Part shown: in pieces, positions 12,595 through 24,673 of the stretch | How positions within the stretch are numbered: position 1 is the stretch's first letter | How the letters are laid out: each line of letters starts with the position of its first letter | NCBI RefSeq assembly: GCF_006345805.1 | Contig: NC_042998.1 | Span: 151,466,001 to 151,530,000 of the forward strand | Reading direction: 5' to 3' | DNA: 64,000 bases | Source: Octopus sinensis | Taxonomy: Eukaryota | Made by a program: the position numbers and the translations under genes | Notes under the pieces: generated by a model | Told to the model about the DNA's origin: nothing | The model's database searches: none | What the model saw: only the letters and a program-made list of their open reading frames with translations

Positions 12595-13643
12595 GCCGTA
12601 CTGAACCGTACAAACCAAACTGAACAACCCGAGGGAAGTACGGCAACTATTGCTGCAAAGAAGGTGAAAATGATGGCAATGAAAAAAGCGCACGAGCAAT
12701 TGGCTGATAGGTGGGAGGAGAAACCTCTGCACGGCAAATATGTGACCCGCAGCAAACAAGCTGATGTTGACCAGAAGCAAACCCATCAGTGGCTACGGAG
12801 CTCAGGGCTAAAAGCAGAGAGCGAAGGTTTCATCCTGGCTGCTCAAGACCAAAGCCTATTAACCCGGAACTACCAGGCCAATGTGATGAAAAATGGAGCG
12901 GACCCAAAATGCCGATTCTGCAACGACATGATTGAAACAGTGGACCACCTAATCTCTGGATGTAAAGTCTTAGCACCAGTGGAGTATAAATTAAGACATG
13001 ACAGAGTTGGCCAATATCTCCACTGGCTAATAAGTCGGCATTACAATATCAAAACTGCCGACAAGTGGTATAATCACCACCCTGAGGCTGTAACTGAAGG
13101 AGAAAATGTAACCATTCTGTGGGACTTTCCAGTACATACAGACCGAACCATCAAGGCCAATAAACCAGATATTGTTGTGAAAGACCAAAACAATAAAGTT
13201 TGCTTATTGATCGACATGAGCATCCCCTGTGATCATAATATCTCAGCGAAAGAGTTTGACAAGCTCAGAAAATATAAAGACCTACTCATTGAAATTGAGA
13301 AAATGTGGCATCTCAAGGCGGTTACAATACCAGTGATCGTAGGAGCACTAGGAATGATCAAGAAGGGAACCGAAAATTATATGAGAATGATCCCTGGCTT
13401 ACCATCCCTGCAAGAAGTGCAAAAGATTGTCTTAACTGGTACATCACACGTATTGAGAAGAGCATTGTCGATGTGAGAACTGTTGCTGCTCATGTATTTT
13501 AATTTAACTTAAAAAAAAAAATGAACGAACTATTGAGTTTGGTTTAATGGCCTACCAATGTATACTATGAGTTTCTTTGCCCTAGGAGTCGGGAAGACAC
13601 TCGGCAAGAAATGGAAGCAAATTTGAAAGAAGAAAAAAAAAGT
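12591..13643 (+). mobile_element. Dong/R4-clade non-LTR retrotransposon, 5'-truncated, inserted in (TAA)n. Uninterrupted 270-aa C-terminus (12664-13476)
   Basis: LHGKY, GFILAAQDQ, CCHC knuckle CRFC..ETVDHLISGC, RHD, RLE motif KPDIV..LIDMSIP..K..KY. (TAA)n runs on both sides (12532-12590 and 13643-13672). Confidence 0.93.
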
Positions 13644-13674
13644 AATAACAATAATAATAATAATAATAATAAAA

Positions 13675-14120
13675 CAGTAGAACCCACTATGATAAGAAAA
13701 CATAAAAACACAAGCCAAATTAAATGGAATCTCAGTGCTGCGAAATACATAGGAAAGTATGACATTACATGGTAAATACTTTATAAGGGCCAGGCGATCC
13801 TGTGTAAATACAAATACGACCCATGAATGGTTGGCTACATCTGGGCTCAAATCAGAAACAGAGGACTTAATTATAGCAGCTCAGAAGTAGAGTTTCCTCA
13901 CTAGAAATTACCCAGCCAATATTTTAAAAAGTACTGCTGATCCTACCTGCTGCTTTCATGATGCAACCAGAGAAGTGGCTCCCTCTAGTGCAGCAAAGGT
14001 ATCGAGAAACTGGAAGACTACCTTGATAGAACTGTTGCTCTGGGCTTGGATTATAACCGAAAATGATACACCCAACAACCTTATTGCAGTGACCATGAAA
14101 AGCAACGGATTTACCAGATC
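13675..14120 (+). mobile_element. Older Dong/R4 fragment
   Basis: Decayed LHGKY..HEWLATSGLKSETEDLIIAAQ..LTRNY.ANIL, homologous to the adjacent young copy. Confidence 0.8.
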
Positions 14121-14149
14121 TGTGGCTCATATAGAGCGGAAGAAAGTGA

Positions 14150-16470
14150 ATTCATCTCCTTCTATACACTCATTAGGCCACACTTGGACGAACGAAAATG
14201 GTGTTTATTGTATTGAGCAAACTATACTCTCCCCAACTAGAAACATATTAATTAGAACTCTGTTTCAACAACAATGTGGAACTTATCTTCAATGAGAAGA
14301 TATAACTGGCAATCTTCTTGAAGCACAACAGGCTAGAACTGACGGTCCATAATTAATTAAAGATGTATTCAACATAGATGGCATCTAAATCCTATCCTGT
14401 CTCAACTTCTACAAGGCTGACTGGATGTCTATTGAAAAATCGATTATCCAGCAAAAGTAGCTTAAAAGTTTCTCTATATAACACATTAATAAAAAACATA
14501 AAGAATTCATATCAGTAATGCGATCATTGGCATTAAATTTGTCCCAGAGAAGAGAGCCACTACATAAAAAAATATCATTCATTGAGACCGGAGAGTCTGT
14601 ATGAGAAGGAGAATAAAGATCTCCAATCGTTTAAATAAATAACTTAATGTCAGCGAGAAATACCTCCTCAAAGAAGCACTCTTAAAGATCAAAAACAAAC
14701 TCAGACTCTCTCATGAAAAAGAAAAAGGGTAGAAAGAGAAACCAGCGCGGTGAGAAATATATAAATTAATCTAAAAGCCTTCTACAAATCTGCAAAAGAA
14801 TCTGCCGTGCACTACAGGACGGGGCTACTGTTTCAAGAAACGGCTCACGAACTATAGACCCCATGCGGACAAGTGAAATGTTGAACAAACAATTCCAGTG
14901 TGTTTTTGCCTACTGGGAAATATGCAAATAAGCCAACCTGATGAGCTTTTCGACATATCTGCAAGCGAAAGAAGCAACCATCGATTAGATCGTCATAAAA
15001 GAGAAAGATAGATTATTGACCGCAGATCTACATGGAAAAGAAGTAACTATTGGTTACATCGACAGATGCAATATCGGCCATCGATAAGATAAACTAGAAC
15101 TCAGCAACGAGCTTAGATCGATTTCTTTGATACGCACGAGAGCTCTCGCAAAGCCACTAGATATACTTTTTCAGTGTTTCCTTGCATGTGGTAAACTTTC
15201 CAAACTGTTAAAAGCATGTATAATATACCCTGTCCATAAAAGAGGAAACAGATAAGATACTAACATTGCAAGCCCATCTCTTTCACTTCACCTTTAAGCA
15301 AGGCACCTGTGGATAATTAGGAGAGTAGCTTAATGATTTTTGTAAAAGGTAGAAGTTACACAGTTGCAGCTAATGGTGCACTCTCTTGGGAGACTTCAAT
15401 TCGAAGTGGACTTCCTCAAGGAACTGTGCTGGGACAACTACTGTTTGTGGTGTTTTCTCAGATATACCATCAGCCATACAGTCAGCAACTCTCATCAGTT
15501 ATGCTGAGGATACAAAAGTATGACAGGCAGTCAAGGTACCCAATGACAGAAACAACAGGATACAATATACAAATAAGCTGATGAAAATAACATGCTGTTC
15601 ACTGCTGATAAGCTTCCAGCACTCTATTATCGGCCCACAGACAGAGACTGCAATCGAAATGCACAGGACTATGGATGTAGTTCCATCCCAGAGTAAGATT
15701 CGGTACGTGGTCTGGGACTCCACTGGAGTAATGGTGCAACCTTCATGTGTATGCTACCAAGATGGCAACTCTGTACAGTTGAGTAGCAAGATGGATCTGA
15801 GATCATTCAGAAGCAGGAAAAAGAATACCATGCTACTTTCATGGAGAATATTAGTTTTCAGTCATCTGCATTACTATTCCCAGTTGTGGTCACCGCAGAT
15901 CATCAAATTGGTGGCGGAACTTGAGGCAATCCAGCCCCACTACACAGAGAAGAATGACTCAATGAAACAGATGAGCTACTGGGAGAGGCTAAAGTAACTG
16001 AAGCTCTACTCCCTGGAGAGAAGACGTAAAAAATATGCAATGATATACACATCGAGGATTCTGGGAGGTCTGTCTCCCAATTTTACAACTGAAAGGTATA
16101 CCGACCACTGAACTGGACGGCACTGCATAGTACCAAAACTCGCGTCTTCTCCATCTAGAATAAGGAACCGGTACTATAGCAGCTAGAGTTTCAATGGTCC
16201 ACAACTATTCAATATTCTGCCAAACAACCTCAAATATTTACGAGGTGCATATGGAGGTCTTCAAAGAGCATTTGGACACATTTTTATTTGATACGCCTGA
16301 TGAACCCACATGGCGGCAGGAGGTACAAAGAAGATCGTTCCGTCTAATTCGCAACTTCACCAGAAACAGTGCAGAAAAGAAATCCAAACACACTAAAAAC
16401 CGGTTCTCCAACATCACCTCAGCCTGTGGCTGCAACCGGTAAAAGGTGAAAGGTAAAAGCTATATAAATT
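14150..16470 (+). mobile_element. CR1-group LINE, decayed (APE C-terminus, RT, 3' end)
   Basis: LNFYKADW, SGLPQGTVLGQLLF, HYYSQLWSP, SYWERLK*LKLYSLERR, LFNILP and PDEPT motifs. Confidence 0.85.
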
Positions 16471-16651
16471 TTGTATCCGGTTTGCAAGATTTTTATGCGA
16501 ATTCGTATGTTGAAACAAATTTTGTTGTGTCAAGGGAGAGCCATTATGCTAATATAATTAACAGACACTGGTTCAGTTCCACACATTTATTAAATATCCA
16601 ATTGTTTTGCTTTTGTTCGTCAAAGATCTTTCGATGCACACACACACACAC

Positions 16652-16695
<44 letters not shown>

Positions 16696-16699
16696 GTAA

Positions 16700-17740
16700 A
16701 ATATGAAAAATCAACGAAAATGCATATTGCAGAGCGAAAAAGGCTATTTATGACAGGTAGTGACAATGAACGAAATTTTAAGCTCATACAAAATTATAAA
16801 AAGCAAAAAGCAACCGAAGTCACTGAAAAGAATATTAACCAGCGCTAGACTTTACCTACTAACTACTGAGCCAAAAGTGACAAAATGTAGTCGTTCTAAC
16901 TGTGGAACATGCCCCCACCTTCTGGAGGGTTCAGAATTCTAATTCAAACAAGGAGAAATATTTAAGATCAAATCAAATTTCACCTGCGCCTCAGCAAATG
17001 TAATCTATGTCATGACATGCTTAGGATGTGGTAAACTCTATATTGGACAAACAGGAATTTTGCTCCGTCAAAGAATCACCATTCAAAAAGAGCAAATCCG
17101 TCACCCACAATACAGACAGTTAAAGGTGAGTGAACACATAGAAAGACGTGCCGGGAATCTTAATGCCAAATTTCCCAATATTTCCCTTTTACCAATGCTC
17201 ACAGAACACCACAATGCAACAAAGGTTGAATAAAGAGGCATTTTTCATCAACAAATTTCTCCCCCAACTAAATATGAACACACAACTCAATACAGAACAC
17301 CACTAACTCTTCAATTTAAACCACTAAACCCTATACACTACCTACATCACCCACATCTCTAATCACAGAACTACTTACCTCCCTTACAAATAATCCAGAA
17401 CTACTTACCTCCCTTACAAATAATCTTTTTTCCCAGGAACTATTAGACCTGACACCGTATATTAACCGGTGTTGTTTAAACGATGAATGGCCTTCGCGTA
17501 AACCAATTGTTTCGTTTTGTTCTCTTACTTTATTATTATTATCATCTTATAATCATCTCATAATAATGACCTTTATGACTCGTATTACTACCTCAGTCAA
17601 TCTAAATGTATATATTTGACACTACCTGTTATAAATAGCCTTTTTCTCTCTGCCATATGCGTCTTCGTTGATTTTTCATATTTTATCTTTACATTTCCAC
17701 GTGTATTTTATATTTTCTTTTCGTGACATATTTCTACTAT
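16700..17740 (+). mobile_element. Neptune-type PLE 3' fragment (GIY-YIG) plus 3' UTR
   Basis: KCSRSNCGTCPHL linker (C-x4-C-x2-C); NVIYVMTCLGCGKLYIGQTG..LRQRITIQKEQI..EH. Confidence 0.85.
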
Positions 17741-17809
17741 ATATATATATATATGTATGTATGTATGCGCGCGCGCGTGTGTGTGTATGCGTATGCATAT
17801 ACAACCATG

Positions 17810-17970
17810 GAATACTATAGAGATGGCAGGCAAAGCTGAACGATCTTTAATGTCCTGATGATATCGAATTAATTGCAGAAAGCAGTACAGGTCTGCAGGA
17901 GCTGACAACTTCACTGAAACAAAATGCAGAGAAGATCGGGCTAAGGTTCAGCAAAGGAGGAGCTAATGTA
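17810..17970 (+). mobile_element. RTE-clade LINE RT fragment
   Basis: LNDL*CPDDIELIAESSTGLQELTTSLKQNAEKIGL resembles the YADD region of RTE RT. Confidence 0.65.
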
Positions 17971-18017
17971 TACATACATACATACATTACATTATGTACA
18001 TGTGTACATTACCTTAT

Positions 18018-18052
<35 letters not shown>

Positions 18053-18124
18053 ATTAATGAGTGCGTGCATTACATAAATAATATTTTCAGGATTAAATAA
18101 AAAGACAACGGAAAATATGACATG

Positions 18125-18159
<35 letters not shown>

Positions 18160-18434
18160 GTAAATATAAGTGGGAACCACTATGTGGAAACCCTTACCCT
18201 AGAAGAAGATCCACTATGGTCTCAACCACTAAGAATTGTTCTCCAGAAAATTTAGCACACCAGAAACGTAAGCGAGCAAGGAGTTTTGAAAATAACCGCA
18301 AATATAATAGGTGGAACTACATGCATTTTCGACCTCGTGTTGATATCTGGCGTGTAGTTCTACAAATCATATCGTGCAAAGAGGATCACACTGACGATCT
18401 ACTGATAAGTTGCGTAAGTAAAATTACGTAATTT

Positions 18435-20150
18435 ATTGATAGTGAAACAATTGTGGGGGATGTGTTCACTTTTGTTCTTGACTAGTGATTCATCTTCAAT
18501 ATTGAAACTGGTTGATGCTTCTGCTAGTCTTAATTTTCTGCAAAATTCTGTTATATTATCCTTGATTTCATTTAGGTTGTCTCTGCGTGGAGTTGGCGTA
18601 AATTTGAGCCCTTTTGAGAGGATGTCAATTTTTATGTTAGATAGAAGTTTGGTTGAAAGGTTGATTATCTTCGGTTTTTCCTTATTACTAGGTTCCAGCC
18701 TGTGTCCTGGTGTCTCTGGTCCCGGGCTAAAAAATGTTGGGTGTAATATTGTTTATATGAGTTGTCTGGAATGAAAACACAGATAAACTCCTAAAATTCA
18801 AAAACCTATTGAACAGCATCAACCTAAATATACAGTTCACAATGGAATACAACCAAAGGCAGCTCCCATTCTTAGATATACTAATTTTTAAAAAAATTAA
18901 CCTTAAAATAGAAACAGATATTTTTTACAAAGCCACAGACGCCAAACAATACCTACTTTTTGATTCATGCCACCCAAGAAACACTAAAACAAACATCCCT
19001 TTCAACCTTGCAAGAAGGATATGCACAATAGTGTCAGAACAAAATACCAGGAACTTTAGACTACAAGAACTCAAAAACACCCTAATTGACAGACACTACC
19101 CAGCTCAACTCATAGAGGATGGGATCAGACGTGCAACAGAAATCGACATAGAAACTTTGAGAAAAGTTCAACACAACAACACACCTTCCCCGAAAATACT
19201 GCCTTACATATCCACATACAACCCCAGAAACAAAGAAGCCTTCACCATCATCACCCAGAATTTACCAATACTTCATAAGGACCCCAAATTAAAGGAAATT
19301 CTAAACATACATAAAATCATTAAAAGCTACAACCTAAACCACTTAAAAAGATTCTCACAAAGGCAAAATTGCTTTCTGAAATTACGGATGCAAAAGTAAA
19401 AAAATGTGGTAGACCAAACTGTGCAACATGCCCAAACCTTATAGAAGGATCAGAATTCCTCTTCAAAGAGGGACAAAAATTCAAGATCAAATTTAATTTT
19501 ACTTGTGCCTCTGAAAACATAATTTATGTCATAAGATGCTCGGGCTGCCACCAAAACTACGTGGGTCCACGGGACTATCACTCAGACGTAGATGCACACT
19601 GCATCGACAACAGATTGCATTCCCAGAATACAGAATGATACCCTTTAGTGAGCATATTGAGAAATGCGCAAAGCAACTACTACCAACATTTTTAATCTTT
19701 CCATTTTATCAATGTGCTATTGGAACACCAACACAAATTAGACTAAACAAGGAAACATTCTTCATTGAAAAATATAAGCCCAAACTTAACCACTCTAACA
19801 TTCTTATACAGAGAAATTCACCCCATTAAGTAAAAATAAAAAAGGCAAGAAATATAAAGCGATTATCTCCCTTACACCGGAAGAAATCACTTATTACCTC
19901 CCCTTACCTGGAACTCTCCTTTACACTTCTTAACGAAATCATAACACAATGTTTTGAGAAATTTGAAAACTTAACACGAAACCGGTAATTTTTTCAAAAA
20001 CTATGTCACTGTATGAAAAAAAATTTATAACATTCTTCTGACATAATGACTCAAATATATATTTTTTAACCTTTTAAAACAAGTCTTCTGTAGTTTTTTT
20101 CCCTTTTTACTATTTTTTATATATTCAACAACGTGCTTTCACACACCAAC
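18435..20150 (+). mobile_element. Neptune-type PLE with inverted 5' segment (N-terminus on the - strand 18440-18780; thumb plus GIY-YIG on the + strand 18780-19830)
   Basis: Minus strand: KIINLSTKLLSNIKIDILSKGLKFTPTP. Plus strand: NIQFTMEY..LPFLDI..TDIFYK..SCHP; KCGRPNCATC; IYVIRCSGCHQNYVG. Confidence 0.88.
19958..19992 (+). ncRNA. HHR motif, U3:A8 core, stem II eroded
   Basis: GAAAT-TTGAAAA-(CTTAACAC)-GAAAC-CG-GTA-ATTTT, lying 3' of the PLE ORF. Confidence 0.45.
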
Positions 20151-20157
20151 TTTCTCA

Positions 20158-20245
<88 letters not shown>

Positions 20246-20282
20246 TGTATGTATGTATATGTATGTATGCATGCATTATTTT

Positions 20283-20885
20283 TTATTTTTTATTTTATTT
20301 TATTTTATCTAGTTTCAGCTCACGAGCTGTGGCCATGCTGGGGCACCACCATTCGGTCTTGCTACATGATTTTACTTCACGAATGCTTTTTAGCATTTGA
20401 CATTTGGTGCATGAGAGAGTTTGATACAGCTGCCTTCATCTGCATCTCCTGCCGTGAAGTTGGTTCATCTGGGACACCTGACAGGAAGAGGTCCAGCTTT
20501 ATTTTAAAGACATCTGCATCCACCCCATGCAGGTCTCTCAGGTCCTTCGGGAGGATATTGAAGAGCTGTGAACCTCTGAAGCCCAGGCTATCACAGTATC
20601 TTGTCCTACATCTTGATGGCAAATTTGGAGTCCTTGGCACTATGCAGTGGCGCCCAGTTCTAGTATTTGTGTAACTCTCGATGCCAAAGGTTGGGACAAG
20701 TCCTTCCAGGATCTTCCAGATGTATATTATGGCATATCTTTCTCGCCTATGCTCTAAGGAATAGAGTCTTAATCTCTTTAGTCTTTCCTAATAGCTTATA
20801 TGCTGCACAGAGGCTATCTTCTCCGTGTAGCTTCGTTGGATCACCTCAAGTTCTGTGATTAATTTGACACTGGCTGGTGATCATA
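20283..20885 (-). mobile_element. CR1-group LINE 3' end, including 3' tail
   Basis: RYCDSLGFRGSQLFNILPKDLR...GVPDEPT (ORF 20377-20640), then GGTGGTGCCCCAGCATGGCCACAGCTCGTGAGCTGAAACTAG and an (ATAAA)n tail. Confidence 0.88.
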
Positions 20886-20911
20886 GCTGTATATATGTAT
20901 ATATATATATG

Positions 20912-20990
<79 letters not shown>

Positions 20991-21040
20991 ATATATATAT
21001 ATGTATGTATGTTTAGCATTATATAACTATAACATTTTAA

Positions 21041-21263
21041 ATTAGCACGAAGCATAAGGATGCGCGAAGCATCAACCTGTTTAGAAATAGTCTCGATTCA
21101 GCCACCTAAAAAAAAACGTAATAAAAACTAACAGTATACGAGATAACGGATAAAGAATTAAGAAAATAACATTATTGTGGCTTTTTTTAGACGGTTAAAT
21201 TGGGACTTTAACTCCTATTCCTAAACAGGTTGATGCTTCGCGCATCCTTATGCTCGTGTTAAT
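21041..21263. mobile_element. MITE, ~220 bp with ~50-bp terminal inverted repeats
   Basis: 21041-21090 is the reverse complement of 21213-21263 with few differences. No coding capacity; TA-rich flanks. Confidence 0.75.
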
Positions 21264-21286
21264 ATATATGTATATATGTATATATG

Positions 21287-21354
<68 letters not shown>

Positions 21355-21400
21355 ATATATATATACTACAGAGAGAAACAGTAGTTTGTTATCTGGAATC

Positions 21401-21484
21401 CTACGCTGATGAGCCGAAAATGATCGGGTAAGGTATAGCTATTTATTCTTTATACCGATCTAATTCCGAAACGCGCGTACGTGG
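21401..21484 (+). ncRNA. Type I HHR motif with extended stem II, in a pLTR (21365-21660)
   Basis: CTACG-CTGATGA-...GATCGG...CCGATC...-GAAAC-GCGC-GTA-CGTGG. Confidence 0.7.
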
Positions 21485-21680
21485 ATAACCTAATACCGAT
21501 TGATTTTCGTTATTTTTCCCTTTTGCCTGCGTGGATTGTTTTCAAGAACTTTGGTTTTTCTGGGAGCCCCTTTTAAAGTAGAAAGAATAGCTAAGATTTT
21601 TTGACTGCTATTTCTAAACTTCGGTACGTGGTGAAGCAAATCTCTGCTGAACCCTAATTATAAAGTATATATATATATAT

Positions 21681-21736
<56 letters not shown>

Positions 21737-21823
21737 GTTTTTTTCAACATGTGATCTCTTAAGCACCACCAGCTCAAATATTGTCTCCTCTGTCTTCCCT
21801 CCTTGGGATCTTTCCTTCTCCTT

Positions 21824-21858
21824 GTTTCCGACGAAGAACTCCGCTCGAAACGTTAAAC
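21824..21858 (+). ncRNA. Minimal HHR motif, U4C core, in repeat 21770-21970
   Basis: GTTT-CCGACGA-AGAACTCCGCTC-GAAAC-GTT-AAAC. Confidence 0.5.
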
Positions 21859-22596
21859 CCTCCTTCCCTTCTTTCCTGAGCGTCAATAATACTTTAATTG
21901 TTCCACGTCCTGCGTTGCTGTGTTTTTTCTCTTTTTTCTCTTTTTTTCTGTGTTTTCTTGTTTGGATTAACTATATATATATATATATACACGAGCAAAA
22001 CGCCCCCCCCGTCCAATAGACGGTATGAGTTGTCAAACATTTAATTTCCTCAAAACTTGTCCGACTGTCCCATAGACCTCTCCTTTGAAAAACACTGATT
22101 TAACCTAAATTTGAGACACCAGCAAAAGAAGAAATAAAGATAGACTTTTTTCTATTCCAAGGAAAAACGATTTTATTCACACACGTATGCAACCAAAGTG
22201 TTTAAAGTACCACTAATGATAAGGTTGTTGACTGGGAGAACACAAACATGGTTTAAACAGTAAGCTTGGCAAGAAAGAAACGTGCCTTTAAGCAGTACAA
22301 AACAACAAAAGAAAACGGAAGGTGCAGTTATGTACAGGTTGACGGAAGAAAGGCAGGACAAAAACGACTTTATCGATCGCATTCTCACCTGGAATCGATT
22401 TTTGCAATTTTTTTCAAGACTTATACACGCCCTGATACCGTCGGTATCTACTTATAATATTTGAGTGCAATCGGACGGAGGATGGCCGAGATCTTACAAG
22501 ACACACAGACAGAACGGATTTTATATAAGGGATATACAGGTATGTCATATTTTCCATTGTCTTATATATACTTATATGTATCTATATATAGGTGTG

Positions 22597-22682
<86 letters not shown>

Positions 22683-22739
22683 CTATCTATCTATCTCCAT
22701 CTCTCTCTCTCTATATATATATTATATATATATATACAC

Positions 22740-22792
<53 letters not shown>

Positions 22793-22858
22793 TAGATGTA
22801 CTCACACACACATACGTACATATATATACGTGTGTGTATATATATGTGTGCATATATG

Positions 22859-22893
<35 letters not shown>

Positions 22894-23071
22894 ATATATA
22901 TATTAATACTTATCGCCATACTAATATGGCAGTCTTATAAATATAAGACTAAAGCTGTCGCTGATTAGCTCATGAGGCCATCGCCTCAAGCTAGCTATTT
23001 GACACACAACCTGCGTCTATTATAAACCTTCGAACAGGGGAGGTCAGCCGCTTCATCCTGCCAGTCAGACA

Positions 23072-23114
23072 GCTGCAGACATGTTTCAGGGTATTTGCCC
23101 TTTATCAATGCAGC
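23072..23114 (-). ncRNA. Minimal type I HHR, U3:A8 core
   Basis: GCTGCA-TTGATAA-AGGG-CAAATA-CCCT-GAAAC-AT-GTC-TGCAGC. Confidence 0.8.
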
Positions 23115-23409
23115 GTAGTCAGACCCAGCAGGTGTCGCTACTGACTATCCCTGTTCGAAGAATCTATTTACCTAGTTTCAGTGGAATACATCCACTTGTT
23201 TTCAATAATAGAAATATTAAAATTACTAAGTCTCTCTAAAGGAGATTACGGCAGCGTTACTGGAAATTAATAGTTATCGCCATACTAATATGGCAGTCTT
23301 ATAAATATAAGACTAAAGCTGTCGCTGATTAGCTCCATGAGGCCATCGCCTCAAGCTAGCTATTTGACACATAACCTGTTCAAGGTTTATTAATGGACGC
23401 AGGAAATAC

Positions 23410-23451
23410 GCTGCATTGATAAAGGGCAATACCCTGAAACATGTCTGCAGC
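23410..23451 (+). ncRNA. Minimal type I HHR, U3:A8 core
   Basis: Stem I GCTGCA/TGCAGC; core TTGATAA 23416-23422; stem II AGGG/CCCT; GAAAC; palindromic ACATGT; GTC. Confidence 0.8.
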
Positions 23452-23773
23452 TGTCTGACTGGCAGGATGAAGCGGCTGACCTCCCCTGTTCGAAGGTGTA
23501 TAATGGACGCAGGCTGTGCGTCAAATAGCTAGCTTGAGGCGATGGCCTCATGGAGCTAATCAGCGACAGTTTTAATCTTATATTTATAAGACTGCCATAT
23601 TAGTATGGCGATAACTATTAATTTCCAGTAACGCTGCCGTAATCTCCTTTAGAGAGACTTAGTAATTTTAATGTTTCAATTATATATATATATATCGTAA
23701 ACACCAGTCGTCTTTTTTCTCTTTCCCTGTTGCCCGCTCTGGGATCTTTCTTTCCTCTCTCTTCCTTCTTTAT

Positions 23774-23808
23774 GTTTCCGACGAAGAGCTCCGCTCGAAA
23801 CGTCATAC
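23774..23808 (+). ncRNA. Minimal HHR motif, U4C core, in repeat 23700-23890 (homologous to 21770-21970)
   Basis: GTTT-CCGACGA-AGAG-CTCCG-CTC-GAAAC-GTC-ATAC. Confidence 0.5.
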
Positions 23809-24003
23809 CTCCCTGCTTCCATCTCCTGAGCGCCTATTAATAATAATACTGTAATTGTTCCTGTTGTTGTTGTTTTTTTGTTTCCCTTTTGGATTAAAAA
23901 TATATATATATATATAATATATATAATATATATATATACATACACACACATACATACACACACACACACACACACATACACACACGCACACACACACATA
24001 CCC

Positions 24004-24035
<32 letters not shown>

Positions 24036-24060
24036 ACACACACACACATTATATATATAT

Positions 24061-24098
<38 letters not shown>

Positions 24099-24344
24099 CT
24101 GTAAGGAGAGATGATGAGTGTTCAGTAGCGGGATGTAGTTTAAAAAGAAAGAAAATAAAAGAATTAAGGAGAGGATGAACCAAAGAGAGAAATTATAATA
24201 ATAATGACGACGACGACGATGATGATGATGATGATGATGACATCATCATCATCATTATAGTTGTTGTAGTTGTAGTAAAGAGAGAGAAAATAAGAATGGA
24301 GTTAATCGCAGTTCAGTGAACGGAAAGGAAAATGGGTTGTGGAT

Positions 24345-24410
24345 AGAGAAAAATGGCGTCACCGCTGGCAAGTCTGTCATTGGTCGGCAATGACGTCAGC
24401 ACATGTGACA
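24345..24410. promoter_or_regulatory. Candidate promoter/enhancer motif cluster
   Basis: AAAATGGCG (YY1-like) 24350-24358, ATTGG (CCAAT) 24379-24383, TGACGTCA (CRE) 24391-24398 and CACATGTG (E-box) 24400-24407 all lie within 60 bp. Confidence 0.35.
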
Positions 24411-24596
24411 TGCATCAACGAATTACTGATGTTTTGGCGGTCGCTGTTCAATAGGTCAATGTTTATCGGTTGGTCGACTGCACCAGATGTTCCACAGTCT
24501 ATGAACATGTGTGTGAGGGTGTGTGTGTGTGCGTGTGTGTATGAGTAAGTGAGTGTGTGTTTGTGTAAGTGTTTGTGTGTTTGTGTGTGTGTCTAA

Positions 24597-24673
<77 letters not shown>

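Larger units (their letters stand above)
22903..23672. repeat. Composite tandem plus inverted pLTR duplication
   Basis: 22903-23115 and 23215-23385 are partial direct copies of each other. Both are reverse complements of parts of 23401-23672. Confidence 0.9.
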
